Assembly: GCF_009914755.1 (NCBI RefSeq)
Contig: NC_060928.1
Length of the DNA: 64,000 nucleotides
Strand: one strand, 5' to 3'
Origin: the human T2T-CHM13v2.0 reference genome, Homo sapiens
This document shows, piece after piece, positions 38,298 through 51,065 of the stretch. The first letter of the stretch is position 1. Each line of letters opens with the position of its first letter. The notes under the pieces are model-generated. The model searched no databases and was not told where the DNA came from. It saw only the letters and a program-made list of their open reading frames with translations. The translations under genes and the position numbers were made by a program.

Positions 38298-39359
38298 TGA
38301 TACAGTTTGGCTGTGTTCCCATCCAAATCTCAAACTATATCTCCCAGAATTCCCACATGTTGTGGAAGGGACCTGGAGGCGTGTGGGAGGGAGGGGGTAA
38401 CAGAATCATGGAGGCTAGTCTTTCCCATGCTATTCTCGTGATAGTGAATAAATCTCGCGAGATCTGATGGGTTTATCAGGGGTTTCCGCTTTTGCTTCTC
38501 CCTCACTTTCTCTTGTCATCGCTGTGTAAGAAGTGCCTTTTCCATGTCCCTACAAAGGACATGAACTCATCATTTTTTATGGCTGCATAGTATTCCATGG
38601 TGTATATGTGCCACATTTTCTTAATCCAGTCTATCATTGTTGGACATTTGGGTTGGTTCCAAGTCTTTGCTATTGTGAATAATGCCGCAATAAACATACA
38701 TGTGCATATGTCTTTATAGCAGCATGATTTATAGTCCTTTGGGTATATACCCAGTAATGGGATGGCTGGGTCAAATGGTATTTCTAGTTCTAGATCCCTG
38801 AGGAATCGCCACACTGACTTCCACAATGGTTGAACTAGTTTACAGTCCCACCAACAGTGTAAAAGTGTTCCTATTTCTCCACATCCTCTCCAGCACCTGT
38901 TGTTTCCTGACTTTTTAATGATTGCCATTCTAACTGTAAACTATCGCAAGAACAAAAAACCAAACACTGCATATTCTCACTCATAGATGGGAATTGAACA
39001 ATGAGAACACATGGACACAGGAAGGGGAACATCACACTCTGGGGCCTGTTGTGGGGTTGGGGGAGCGGGGAGGGATAGCATTGGGAGATACACCTAATGC
39101 TAGATGACGAGTTAGTGGGTGCAGTGCACCAGCATGGCACATGTATACATATGTAACTAACCTGCACATTGTGCACATGTACCCTAAAACTTAAAGTATA
39201 ATAATAATTAAAAAAAAAAAAAAAAAGAAGTGCCTTTTGCCTAACGCCATGAATCTGAGGCCTCTTCAGCCAAGTGGAACTATTTAAGTCCAATTAAACC
39301 TCTTTTTGTTCCTGCTTTCAGGTATGTCTTTATCAGCAGCATGAAAATGAACTCATACA
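38298..39359 (+). mobile_element. THE1A-type solo LTR split by an L1 insertion
   Basis: TGATACAGTTTGGCTGTG..GGGGTTTCCGCTTTTGCTTC | ..AAGTCCAATTAAACCTCTT..TTTATCAGCAGCATGAAAATGAACTCATACA; flanks ACTAC/ACTGC. Confidence 0.88.
38542..39224 (+). mobile_element. L1PA2/PA3 5'-truncated, 5'-inverted insertion; TSD AAGAAGTGCCTTTT (38528-38541 / 39225-39238)
   Basis: 38542-38935 is antisense ORF2 C-terminus ([45 protein letters not shown]); 38936-39224 is the sense ORF2 end, 3'UTR and poly-A, with the non-Ta GAG (GATGACGAGTTAG). Confidence 0.93.
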
Positions 39360-39454
39360 ACTGCTAATGGGCATGGCATGGTAGAGGAGAATGTGGAGAA
39401 GAGTAGGAAATGGGAATAGGCTTAAAAATGCCAAGATCCAGATTGTGTGCAGTT

Positions 39455-39508
39455 GTTGTCATTACTTTCAATGGCAAAAACCACAATTACTTTCACACCA
39501 ACCTAATA
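39455..39508. mobile_element. MADE1 (mariner MITE), partial
   Basis: TCATTACTTTCAATGGCAAAAACCACAATTACTTTCACACCAACCTAATA. Confidence 0.8.
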
Positions 39509-39544
39509 GTTTTTTTTGGAGGTCTTTGTTGTATGCCTGTTTAT

Positions 39545-39953
39545 TTGTTTCTAATTTTTAATTATTGTGGGTACTGTACTTAGTAGGTGTATATTTTTAT
39601 GGGATATTTGGGATATTTTGATACAGGTGTGCAATGTGTCATAATTACATTATGGTAAATGAAGTACCCATAACCTCAAGCATTTATCCTTTGTGTTACA
39701 AACAATTCAGTTATACTCTTTTGGCTATTTTTTAAAAGTATGATTAAATTATTATTGACTATAGTCACCCTGTTGTCCTATCAAATACTGACTCTTGTTC
39801 ATTGTTTCTATTTTTTTTTTGTACTCAGGAACCATCCCCTGTCCCCCCAGCCCCCCACTATGGTTTCCAGCCAGTGGCAAATATCATTCTACTCTCCATC
39901 TCCATGAGTTCAGTTGTTTTATTTTTTAACTCCTACAAATAGGTGAGAACATG
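39545..39953 (-). mobile_element. L1MA2-like 3' end
   Basis: GTAGGTGTATATTTTTATGGG..CCTCAAGCATTTATCCTTTGTGTTACAAACAATTCAGTTATACTC..AAATAGGTGAGAACATGC. Confidence 0.82.
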
Positions 39954-40702
39954 CCTAATCCTCTTTGTTCCAATGGCCCAGTAGGTAATCTCAAATTACA
40001 TACAAGCTTACAAGCACTTTCACTGCACCCTACAAATTTTGATATATAGATATTTTTTCATTCTGTTCAAAACAATTTCTAATATTTCTTCTGATTTCTT
40101 ATCTAATATTTGGTTTACTTAGAAAGTTTTAATTTCCAAATACTTGGACCTTTTCTCAATTTTTTTTATTATTAAACTCTCATTTAATTCCACTGTGGTT
40201 AGAAAACATACTTTATATAATTTCAATATTTTAAAACATGAGACTGGGTTTATGATCCAGATTATAATTTTTCTTGGTAAATATTCCATTTGCATTTTTA
40301 AAATGTGCATTCAACTATATCATACATATAAATGAGGTCTAGTTGGTTGATGGTGTTATTCAACTCTTCTGTGTCTCTACTAACTACTGGTTCTATCAAT
40401 TATTGAGTGAGCAGAGTTAAAATCCACAAGAATTATAAACTTGCATATATTTTACTTCTAGTTTCATGGGTATTTTATTCACATTTTTCAAAGCTGTGAA
40501 GTATATTATTTTTATATATTCTTTAAGAAATGCCCTTTTTATCGGTAGGAAGTGCCTCATATTTTTTGTTGCTATATTCCATATTTTGAGGTCTACTTGA
40601 TATTAATATAACCATTCCAGCCCATTTTTGAAAATTGCTTTCACAGCCTTTTTTATATCTTTAACTTTTAGTCTTTGAATATTTTAATAAAGTGTTTTTT
40701 CT

Positions 40703-40754
40703 AATTAAAGTGTATTTTATAATTACAGTGTATTTTATAATTAAAGTGTGTTTT
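40703..40754. repeat. 18-bp tandem repeat (~3 copies, AATTAAAGTGTATTTTAT)
   Basis: Directly visible with 1-2 substitutions. Confidence 0.8.
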
Positions 40755-41209
40755 GCAAACCGCATACATTATAGTGTTGATTTTTGATCCACTTTTATAA
40801 TCTGTAGTTTATTCATTACTCTGTTTAGGTAACTTACATTTAATACAATTAACAATACTGTTTGGATTCAAAATATACTACATTGCTATTTGTTTTCTAC
40901 TATTCCCATCTGTTGTCTGCTCCTGTATTTCATCTTTACCTGCCCTTATTTGTGATTTGTTTTTTTCTAGATTTTGTTATTTTTAGATAAGCCTTCATGT
41001 TTTCATATTTTTGGTGGTTGCTTTTGGGTCTACAATAAACTTCAGTAAATCATCGAAGTCTGTGTTCTAATAACAGTATACCACTTCATGTACATTGTAA
41101 GTACCAAATGATATTCTGTTTCTGAACTCATGCCTTCATTTGCTATTATCATACTTTTGCTAGTATATTTGTTAGAAATATCTGAGTGTATTATTATTTT
41201 TTAAAGAGT

Positions 41210-41588
41210 TATGATGGTTAATTTTATATGTCAGCTTGGCTAGGCCACAGTACCAAGATGTATTGGTCAAACACCAGCTTGAGTGTTTCTGTGAAGGTAA
41301 TTTTTGAGATGAGATTAACATTGAAATCAACAGACTTTAAGGAAAGAAAGTTATTCTTCATAATGTGGGTGGGCCTCATCCAATCACTTGATAGACTTGA
41401 AAGAAAACAGAATGAGGTACTTGAAAGAAGAGGGAAATTCTGCCTCCAAAGCATCTTCAGACTAAACTGCAACATCAGTTCTTTCCTGGGTCTCCAGCCT
41501 GCCTGTTAACCATGCACATTTTGGATTTGCCAGAATACACAATCACATGTGCCAATTCCTAAAAATAAATAATTTATCAGAAAAATAC

Positions 41589-41630
<42 letters not shown>

Positions 41631-41677
41631 TTGTACATTCTATTGCTCTGTTTCTCAGGAGAATTCTGACACATTCA
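41210..41677 (+). mobile_element. MLT2D-type LTR with internal (TA)n
   Basis: ATGATGGTTAATTTTATATGTCAGCTTGGCTAGGCCAC..GTGGGTGGGCCTCATCCAATCA..CTGTTTCTCAGGAGAATTCTGAC. Confidence 0.85.
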
Positions 41678-41947
41678 ACAATTAACTTTTTAATTAATTT
41701 AAAAGAAAAAATACCTTTTATAATAATCTACATATTAAACTTCTTTGTCATACATTATATATTTTGTGTAGGTAAAGATATTCATATAATGTCCCTTTCC
41801 TTTTGCCTGAAGAAATTCCTTTACATTTATTTTTGTAGTGCATGTCTTATGATTATAAATTCTGTTAGCTTTTGATTGTCTAAGAAAGACTTTATTCTGT
41901 CTTTATTTTTGACAGGCGTTTACATTTGAGCATAAAAATTTATGGTT

Positions 41948-42244
<297 letters not shown>

Positions 42245-43539
42245 TTATGGTTGACAGATTTTATCTTTTGGTACTATAAATATCTCAATCCATTGCCTTC
42301 AGACTTGCATAGTTTCAAATGAGAACACTGCTATCAATCTTAATTTTTTTCATTATTAAATATATCTTTTGAACTGTGTCTCCTCTAAAGCTTTTATTGT
42401 CTATCATATCTTTTTTGCAAGTTGTGTTTGATGAGTCTTGTATAGTCATGGTCATCTTCTCCTTTTCTCCCTTTTTCCTCTCTTCTGCTCTTCCTCTTTC
42501 CCTTCCCATCTTCTTCCTCCTCTCCCTTTCTCTTTTTGCTTTGTGTATGTCAAGGCTTCTTTGACCTGTTAGTTTATATAAATATTGTTTTTCAAATTGG
42601 AAATATTTTTTGACTAACATATTTTCTTACATATTTATTTGTCTCCCCTTACCCCTACTCTTGTTTTGGGCTCCAATGGCATTCAAATTTTTTTTATCAA
42701 CCTTTGATATTTTCTTATTTTTTTCTTCAATTCATTCTTTTCTATGATTAATTTTCTATAAGTTTTACTGACAGATCTTAAAGTTCTCTAATATTTTCTT
42801 TTGAAGCACCTAATCTATTAATTTTTAAAAGCTCATTTCTTTTTCAACTATTGTATCTCTAGAAGTACCATATAGGGATTTTTATAATTCTAATTTCTCT
42901 TCTCACAATGTTTATATTTTTATTTACATTTTCCTTGGGCCTGTGGCATATGTTTGTATTAGCTATTCCAATAGCATTGTCTAGTAACCCCCTTATCTCT
43001 ATCATACCTGAGTTTGTTTCTATTTTCTCATATTTGTGCTTCTTATGGATCACATTTTCCTATTTTTCATCGTCAGTTTTACACTACTGAGTGTTAAATT
43101 TTTTTGTATGATTAAAAGTGTTTCTGTTGTTTCTGGCATTAATTTAAGTTATTTGCAAATTAATTTTATCTTTTCAATGTTTGTTTTTAGGTTGCTTTAA
43201 AGTTATGTCTGAAATAACCTTACTTCAAAGTCATTGTTTAATATTACCTATTTTATGAGATCATCACTAAGTTTCCCAATTTGAGATATAATCTTCCTTC
43301 CTTTGAGTTATTAATGCATCTTACATTCAGAAGATTTATAAACTGAAATGAATTACATTAATAATTGCATGCTCGTAATAAAATCAACCTGTTGAAAACT
43401 GAATTGAAATGGTGAAGGTGAAATCAGAAGTTATCTATAATACTTCCCACTATAAAATTCTGTCCATTTAAATAATAATTTTATTTGGATTTTTATTATG
43501 CAATCCTATCTTCTATTTTAGCTAATTACATTTTATTCT

Positions 43540-43678
43540 CTCTTTTTTCTTTCTTTGAAGAGACAAGGTCTCACTAAGTTGCCCAGGCTGGCCTCGAACT
43601 CCTGAACTCAAGCCATCTTCCCACATTGGCTTCCCCAAGTGTTGAGATTACAGGCATGAGACACCGCTGTGCTCGGCC
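43540..43678 (-). mobile_element. FLAM_C / AluJ left monomer
   Basis: GAGACAAGGTCTCACTAAGTTGCCCAGGCTGG..GTGCTCGGCC. Confidence 0.8.
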
Positions 43679-44537
43679 TACATATACTTGTGCTTTTCTA
43701 TATCTCATCTCTTTACCAGCACCACTTACATGCACCGTGATTTTTAAACTCTTTGAGGTTAGAGATGATAATGTTTTTTATTGTACCACCTATGTCATTG
43801 GAACTATTTACCACCTACTATCATTCTCACCAGACAAGAGTCAATGCATGATAGCTGACCTGAAGAACTAAACTAAGAAGTTGGGGATGCTTTGGCAATT
43901 ATGATTTGGGTAAAAACTTATTTTCAAAACTCTATTCATTAATTTATCACCTTCTTCTTATTTAATTGAACAGTGTGTATTTTTTACACATAAATGAGCA
44001 TGTACACATACACACACCAGTTTACTGAAAAAAATAGCTTCTAGCTTTCTGCCACAACGTATTTTTTTTACTATGTCAATTATGTCTGTTGAATTACTAT
44101 AACTCTTCAATATCCTCAACTTTGTATTGTACATATGAGTAACCTAAAATTTCATAATTCATTTGCTATTCAGTTTTATTTTGTTAACTGATATTTAGGT
44201 CTTCATATTTTTACTTAAATTCCTGAAGCAAAGAATAGAAGATGAAAATTAGAGCAACCAGCTAGTCTCTGATGATTTTAAGAGCCCCTTGCTGTAAAGT
44301 ATACATTGCTTCATTTAGGATTTTATTCAATTAGTCATGATTGAATTCATTTCTCTCCTTAAGGAAGTAACTTTATCTCTGATTTATTGGTTATTAGAGT
44401 ATCAAACAAGCATCACTTTACATCTATAGTTCTGTTTTCATTTTTTTCCCCAGATAGCCACTTCCTACTAAACTTGGTTCACTTTGACACACAAGAACCT
44501 CATGAAACCTGAACTTTTACCCCACAATTAGGGCTGG

Positions 44538-44989
44538 TGTACTCATATTTATAACAGCATAATTCACAATTGCAAAAACAAGGAACCACCTCAAATGCCC
44601 ACCAATCAACAAGTGGATAAATAAATTGTGGGATGGAATACTACTTAGCCAGAAAAATAAATAAATTAATGGCATTTGCAGCAACCTGGGTGGAACTGGA
44701 GGCTATTATTCTAAGTGAAGTAACTCAGGAATGGAAAACCAAACATCATATGTTCTCACTCATGAGTGGGAGCTAAACTATGAAGACGCAAAGGCATAGG
44801 AATGATACAATGGACTTTGGGGACTCGGGGGAAAGGGTGGGAGGGGGATGAGGGATAAAAGACTACAAATTGGTTTCAGTGTATACTGCTCGGGTGATGC
44901 GTACACCAAAATCTCACAAATCACCACTAAAGAACTTACTCATGTAGCCAAATACTTCCTGTTCCCCCAAAACCTGTAGAAATGAAAAA
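44538..44989 (+). mobile_element. L1PB1-like 3' end
   Basis: CTAAGTGAAGTAACTCAGGAATGGAAAACCAAACATC..GGATAAAAGACTACAAATTGG..CAAATCACCACTAAAGAACTTACTCATGTA. Confidence 0.88.
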
Positions 44990-45046
44990 GTTTCTTTTTT
45001 TTTAAAGAGAGCTTGAAATTCTTTGCTTTTTCACTAAAAAATCTAC

Positions 45047-45363
45047 TTTTTTTATTTGTTTCTTTTTTTAAAAGATGGGATCTCACTCTTTCACCCAGGC
45101 TGCAGGACAGTGGTGCAATCATAGCTCACTGTACAGCCTTGAACTGGGCTCAAGCAATCATCCCACCTCAGCCATTTGTGTAGCTATGACTATAAGCACA
45201 CATCACCATGCCCAGATTTTTTTTTTTTTTTTTTTTTTCTAGAGACGGGATCTTAGGGCTCACTATGTTGCCTGGGCTGGTCTCGAACTCCTGGTCTGAA
45301 AAAATTTTCCTCCCTCGACTTCCTAAGTTGCTGTGATTACAGGCATATGCCACCACACCTGGA
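45047..45363 (-). mobile_element. AluJ
   Basis: Diverged antisense Alu (ATCATAGCTCACTG, GGGCTCAAGCAATC, CTCACTATGTTGCC) with an expanded central A-tract. Confidence 0.85.
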
Positions 45364-47024
45364 TGACAATAGAATCTTTAAGAGTATCAATAACATATTT
45401 CATGTGTCATTTCCAAGAGAATCCCTTTTCCCTCAAACCCACCCTCTGATTCACTCTGACAGTTGAACTAATACCTTTCTTCATTCTTGGTGTGCTCTCT
45501 TCTCCAAAGCATCCCACTCTTAAGTACAGTTTCTTGCTCCCAATTATTGGGAACAGAAACAAGATTGTTGGGAATGAGACTTTGACTTGAGAAAGAAAAA
45601 GATTAATATTAAGCTCCTTCTAAATCTATGTGCTTCCGCTTAAGAAGTTCATCCATGTCACTCCCGAAAAGCTTCTATTTTCCAAACTGGATAGTCAGGC
45701 ATCCAGGTAGGATTCCTAAAAACCATGTGTTTTTTGAAAAGCAAATTGAGACCAAAATGCTTTAAATGTTATGTAAGCACCCAAACCACAGAAATGGAGA
45801 GGGTAGGTAGGAGGCAAAAAAAATAATGTAGAGAAAGTTCAAATAGAATTGAGCAGGTTAATAAAACAGTACTACTGTGCCTGTCTTCTTTGAACCGCTT
45901 TGTTCCTTTTACCCATTATCTAATGAATCAGGTGAGTTTATGCCATCTATGGCTCTGCATAAAGAGGTGAAAATCATTTTCAGCTTCCTAAAGAAGGATT
46001 AACATCATCATACCAAAATGAAAGTCACAGAGTATTGATTTAAGAGAGGAAACAATGTTACCAGATTAAAAAGTAGAAATCACGAGAATTTTTTAAAAAG
46101 ACAAAATTCTTAGGTTTAGCAATATCATTCTGTAGTATCACATCACTATGGACAACCATCATCTTCATTATATTACCATTTCTGTATATGTTGAGATTTT
46201 GCAGGGTGCTCTGAGATTATAATTATTGAATAAAATTTGATTCTATAAGAAAATGTCTACTTAAGATAGACATCTTAAAATTATTTTTTTACTTTTTTAC
46301 CACAAATGTTGTCTCATGCCTACCTTTATCTTAGAAATATTTTGATTTTGTTATAGAGAGAAAATGAGCTGTTTTCTGTTCTCTGAAAATCAACCTGGAA
46401 TTGTTTATCTTTTCTATGTGACCATTCTTTGGACAATTTGGCTGGACAGGACTAGATTCATTTGGGGACAGCAACATCTTTGCTCCTAGGATTGAGAAAT
46501 GGGCAAAAGATATACTAGTTTAAGGGACTGTTCCAGATTAATGTAAATTTGGGACTCTGGACAAGTAATTTTCTGCATACTGTGTGGTCTGAGAAGCCAA
46601 GAAAACATCTTAGAAATGGGGATAAAATGGATCATCATAGGAAAAGTAACTGAGTTTCTGGTAACTTTTCATACTTTTTTCTCTTCCCTGAAAATTGTCT
46701 CAATACCTCATTTTCTGTGGTCAAAATGAGATATTCTTAAATGATTTTATAAATTATAGCATCCACCTAAAATTTTTCTTTTTTGTTATTTTAAGTCAAT
46801 TAAAAAATATGCACTCTATTTTATAATGCTTTATTGGATGTAATTTCAAGTCAGTTTTTAAAAATAACATCCTACAAAGCATTATAAAATAGGGTGCATA
46901 TGGCCTACCCATTTCCAAATGCTCATTAGTTGTAGAAAAGTATCTGAAAAGATAAAGTATTACATTTATTACTTGCTTGTTGTTTTCCAAGAATTTTTGC
47001 AACTGGTCCAACATAGAGTATATT

Positions 47025-47295
47025 TAGGGTAATGGATTAGCTACATTGCCAATACTTAAATCAGAGTTCCTGGATTTATAGGCGGTTTCTGCCATTTGTC
47101 ACTCGTGTGGCTTTGAAAAGTTATTTAATCTCTTTGTGTACTTGCAAATAAAGGGAATAAATAACTATAGCAACCTCCTTTTATCTTGATAAATAATAAG
47201 TGCATTAACACATAAAATTAATGCATGAGTTAATATACAGAGTTAATACATGTGAAATACTCAAGAAATGTGGGCTGTTGTTATTATTATTATTA
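47025..47295 (+). mobile_element. MIR
   Basis: TCTGCCATTTGTCACTCGTGTGGCTTTGAAAAGTTATTTAATCTCTTTGTG..GAGTTAATACATGTGAAATACTCAAGAA..TTATTATT. Confidence 0.65.
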
Positions 47296-48347
47296 TCATC
47301 TAATTAATTAAATTCAAGTAAAACTCTTAGCTGGTAAGTAAGAAAGATTGTATATACCCTCCTTTTCCAGAAGGGAGTCTTTTTACAGTCATTAATTAAA
47401 GATCTTGTTAACAACTTTAAAAAGGTTCTTTTCCAATATTCTTAAATCTCATGTTTGTTATAAATTGTCTATTAATAGTGTCGAGTTACTGGTCTTACAG
47501 TTCTATATTATAGTCATACACAAACATTTTCTTGATATTTATTGACTTCAGGCACTTCAGGTATTTTTGATGCCAGTAGTATTATAATTTAATGACCAAG
47601 ACAGGTGATAATAATGATTAATTCTAAAACATTGACTTGTTTCAATTGAAAGTGGGCTCCATGCAGTGGTAAACAAAAATCTCAGCCTTCTGGGAAGGAC
47701 ACTGAGAAAAATCGCTTTATTGACAGTGCAACTATCCATGTATATAAGTTAGATTAAAAGTTAGATATGTTATCTCTTGTCACTTTTGGCAGCCCCAATT
47801 CTTCACCTCTTCACCTTGTGGGCTGCAACATGACATTGTTGATAAATAGAATCCTCATTTCTGAAGGCTTTATATCGGGATGGCACGTTGGCTGCAGTCC
47901 TTTCAGAAAGTTACTACTTTGCTTGAAGTTGGGCTTCTACATGCTCTCTGAGTGTCACTTTTGTCTAAAGCAATTTCAAGCACCTCTCTTCAGCTTATCA
48001 TCAGCTAGCTAGCTCTTTAGTTTCCTGTGATTATTCTCCCCCATTGCCCACTTAAATTGACTTCTCTTTTTTCTTTAAAGTTATATCTTCAGTGTGAATG
48101 ACCTCATTGGTAAGAAGCTTGTTTTGTCATTTTACATGACATCTTGAAAAAAGTAAGAACTGTTGAAAATGTCTACAAATACCCACTCAGGTATCGGTAA
48201 CATGTTCAAAAAGTGTGCAACGGATGTCAAATGTTTTGAAACCTTTAGGACGTTCTCACCATTGTAGTTGTATTTCCAGTTTTGAGGTATTGCTTACATA
48301 TACTTTGCAGTCAGCAAGTAGTATATACATTTTGGATTTGTAATGTG

Positions 48348-48443
48348 GAAAAAAAAAGGAAGAAAAGGAAAGAGGAGGGGAAGGAAGGAAGGAAGGGAGG
48401 TAGGGAGGGAGGGAGGGAGGGAGGGAGGGAAGGAAAAGAAAAA
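48348..48443. repeat. (GGAA)n/(GGGA)n purine tract
   Basis: Directly visible. Confidence 0.9.
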
Positions 48444-49044
48444 CTCTTCTATAAAGATAGCACATCTGAAGTGACCAAAATGTATGCCATTCTCAGCTAT
48501 GTTTTTTTCCCACTGGCTTCCTTAGCTGCATATTGTTTTTCTCTAATGGTGGACTTGATGATTTGAAATTAGTATACTAAATTTACTAATTACTTTGGTA
48601 GAAGCATGTTTCTAGTTGACAAAAAACCATACATAGAGGAATGCTGTCATGACCAGACCACTTTTCATTTCTCTCATTGGAACTCTGTTTGCAAAATCTG
48701 GCCTTGCTCCACTTTTCAGAATCAAGGGGAAAAATTATAAAGCTCTATAATCAATATCAAGCTACTATAACTACTAATATAATTAAGATTTTTTTCAGTT
48801 GTATTAAATGTACTACTGCCTTATTACTACAGTATTTTTTATTGTGACTGACTTGTTATTATAGCTGATCTTCAGCCTGGGTACCTCCACTGTATACCCA
48901 TTCAGATAATCTCTAACATCCCATTGTTAATCCCAGAACTGAGGCTCTTTCAGAACTATGCCAATCTCCCTCCAAAGCCTAAAGTCCACTCCAGATATGT
49001 TTTTTGCCTTCAAAATATACATATTGGGATTGCAGGAAGTTGAA

Positions 49045-49184
49045 AAGTGCTCTTAGTAGTTAGAAATAATATACATTATATATTACATATACAAATAATA
49101 TACATTATGTATATTATATATACATATAATATATGTATATATAATATACATAATGTATATTATTTCTAACTACTAAGAGCACTT
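49045..49184. repeat. AT-rich near-perfect inverted repeat (palindrome)
   Basis: 49045-49063 pairs with 49166-49184 and 49093-49128 pairs with 49130-49165, both perfectly; 29-nt bulge at 49064-49092. Confidence 0.93.
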
Positions 49185-49412
49185 AGTACATATATACATA
49201 TAATATATATGTGTATATAATACATATGTATATTATATACATTACATATATTATGTATAATGCATATATAATATATATACATATATATTATATAATATAG
49301 AACAGAATTCAGTAGATGCTCCAAAAACATTATTGGAAAAGTTTGAAGAAAACGGGAGAACAATAAGACATCAGACTACTTGGCTTCTAGGTTTCAAAAG
49401 AGGTAGCGCCAT

Positions 49413-51065
49413 CTTGAATTTGTTGAAAGTTGTTTTATGGCCTAATGTGGTATATCATAGAGAATGTCCCATGTGCCCCTGAGAAGAATGTATATTCTTC
49501 TGCTGTTGAAAGAAAAGTTTTGTATATGTCTGTTAGGTCTATTTCAATTATAGTGTTGTTAAGTTCTGCTATTTTCTGATTGATTTTCTGTCTGGATGAT
49601 CTATCCATTATAAAGAGTGGGCTATTGAGGATATCCACATGCATAAGAATGAAATTGGAACCTTATCTCACATAATAAACAAAAATCAACTCAAATGGAT
49701 TAAAGACTTTAAAAATATGATCTGAAACCATAAACCTCCTAAAAGAAAACATAGGGGAAAAGCTTCTTGACTTTGCTCCAGGCAGTGATATTTTGGATAT
49801 GATATTAAAGGCACAGGCAACAAAAGCAAAAATAGACAAATAGAATTGCCTCAGAATAAATATAATTGTGCACAACAAAAGAAACAATCAACAAATTGAA
49901 AAGGCAACCCATAAAATAAGAAAAATATTTGAAAACCATATATCTGATAAGGCATTGATTTCCAAAATATTTAAGGAACTCAGTCAGCTCAATAGCAAAA
50001 AATACAAATGCATGATGAAAATATGGAAATAAACTCAATAGACATTTCTACAGAGAAGACAAGAGAGTAGCCAACAGATTATGGAAGGGTAACTAACTTC
50101 ACTAATCATCAGGGAAGTGCAAGTCTAAACCACAATGAGATACCACTTCATACCTAGTAGAATGGCTATTACCAAAAGACAAAAAAGAATAAGTGTTGGT
50201 GAGAATGTCCAGGAAAGGGAACCCTTCTATAGTGTTGTTAGAAATGTACATTGTTACAGCTGTAAGTGGAAAACAGTATAGGGGTTCCTGAAAAAGTTAA
50301 AAATAGAACTACCCTATAATCCAACAATCCCACTTTTCCATGTATACTCAAAATAAGTGAAGTCAGTATGCCAAAGAGATATCTGCACTTCCATGTTCAT
50401 GGCACCATTATTCACAATAGCCAAGACACAGAAAGAACTTAAGTGTTCATCAATGGATGACTGGATTTAAACAATGTAAAAATGTGATGTATATATGAAT
50501 ATACATACATATGAATTTTATTTATTATATATAATATATAAACATAAACATTATTTAGCCCTAAAAAATTCCAGTAATTTAGGATAACATGGATGAAGCG
50601 GTAGGACATTATGCTAAGTGAAATAAGCTAAACAGAGAAAGACAAATACTGACTGATCTCACTTAACATGTGGACTCTATAAAAGTCAAACTTACACAAG
50701 GAAAGAGTAGAATGATGGTTCCTAAGGGCTCATGGGCTAGGGGTTGGGAAATTAGAGGGATATTGGTCAGAATACAAAGATTCAGTTATTAGATGAATAA
50801 GTTCTGGAGATCTAACATAACAGCATAGTGTCTATAATTAAATAATACTGTGTTTTATATTTGAAATTTGCTAAGAGTTGAGCTTGCGTCTCAGCACACA
50901 CAGAAAATTGAAACTATATGAGGTGATCATTATGTTATTTAGCTTAATTGTGGTAATTGCTTCACAATGTATATACATAGGCAAATATCAGCCTATACAT
51001 TTTAAATATACTGTATACAATTTCTGTTTGTCAACTGTAACTCAATAAAGCTGGAAAAATAAAAA
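49413..51065 (+). mobile_element. L1MA9-like element with an inverted 5' segment
   Basis: 49413-49630 is antisense ORF2 endonuclease (SPLFIMDRSSRQKIN..LTDIYKTF..EYTFFSGAHGTFS); ~49631-51065 is sense ORF2 C-terminal region and L1MA 3'UTR ending CAATAAAGCTGGAAAAATAAAAA. Confidence 0.85.

Noticed and set aside
38503-38928. 141-aa ORF with Cys/His/Trp motif as a possible gene
   Set aside because: It is the L1 ORF2 C-terminal segment within a truncated, inverted L1.
45900-45940. Consensus splice donor CAG|GTGAGT (and other isolated donors or acceptors)
   Set aside because: No paired acceptor or coding frame that I can support; such motifs are frequent by chance.
46410-46570. Possible hAT-Blackjack-like fragment (GTGACCA..GGGACAG..GGGACTGTTCCAG)
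   Set aside because: Similarity too weak to call without a profile search.
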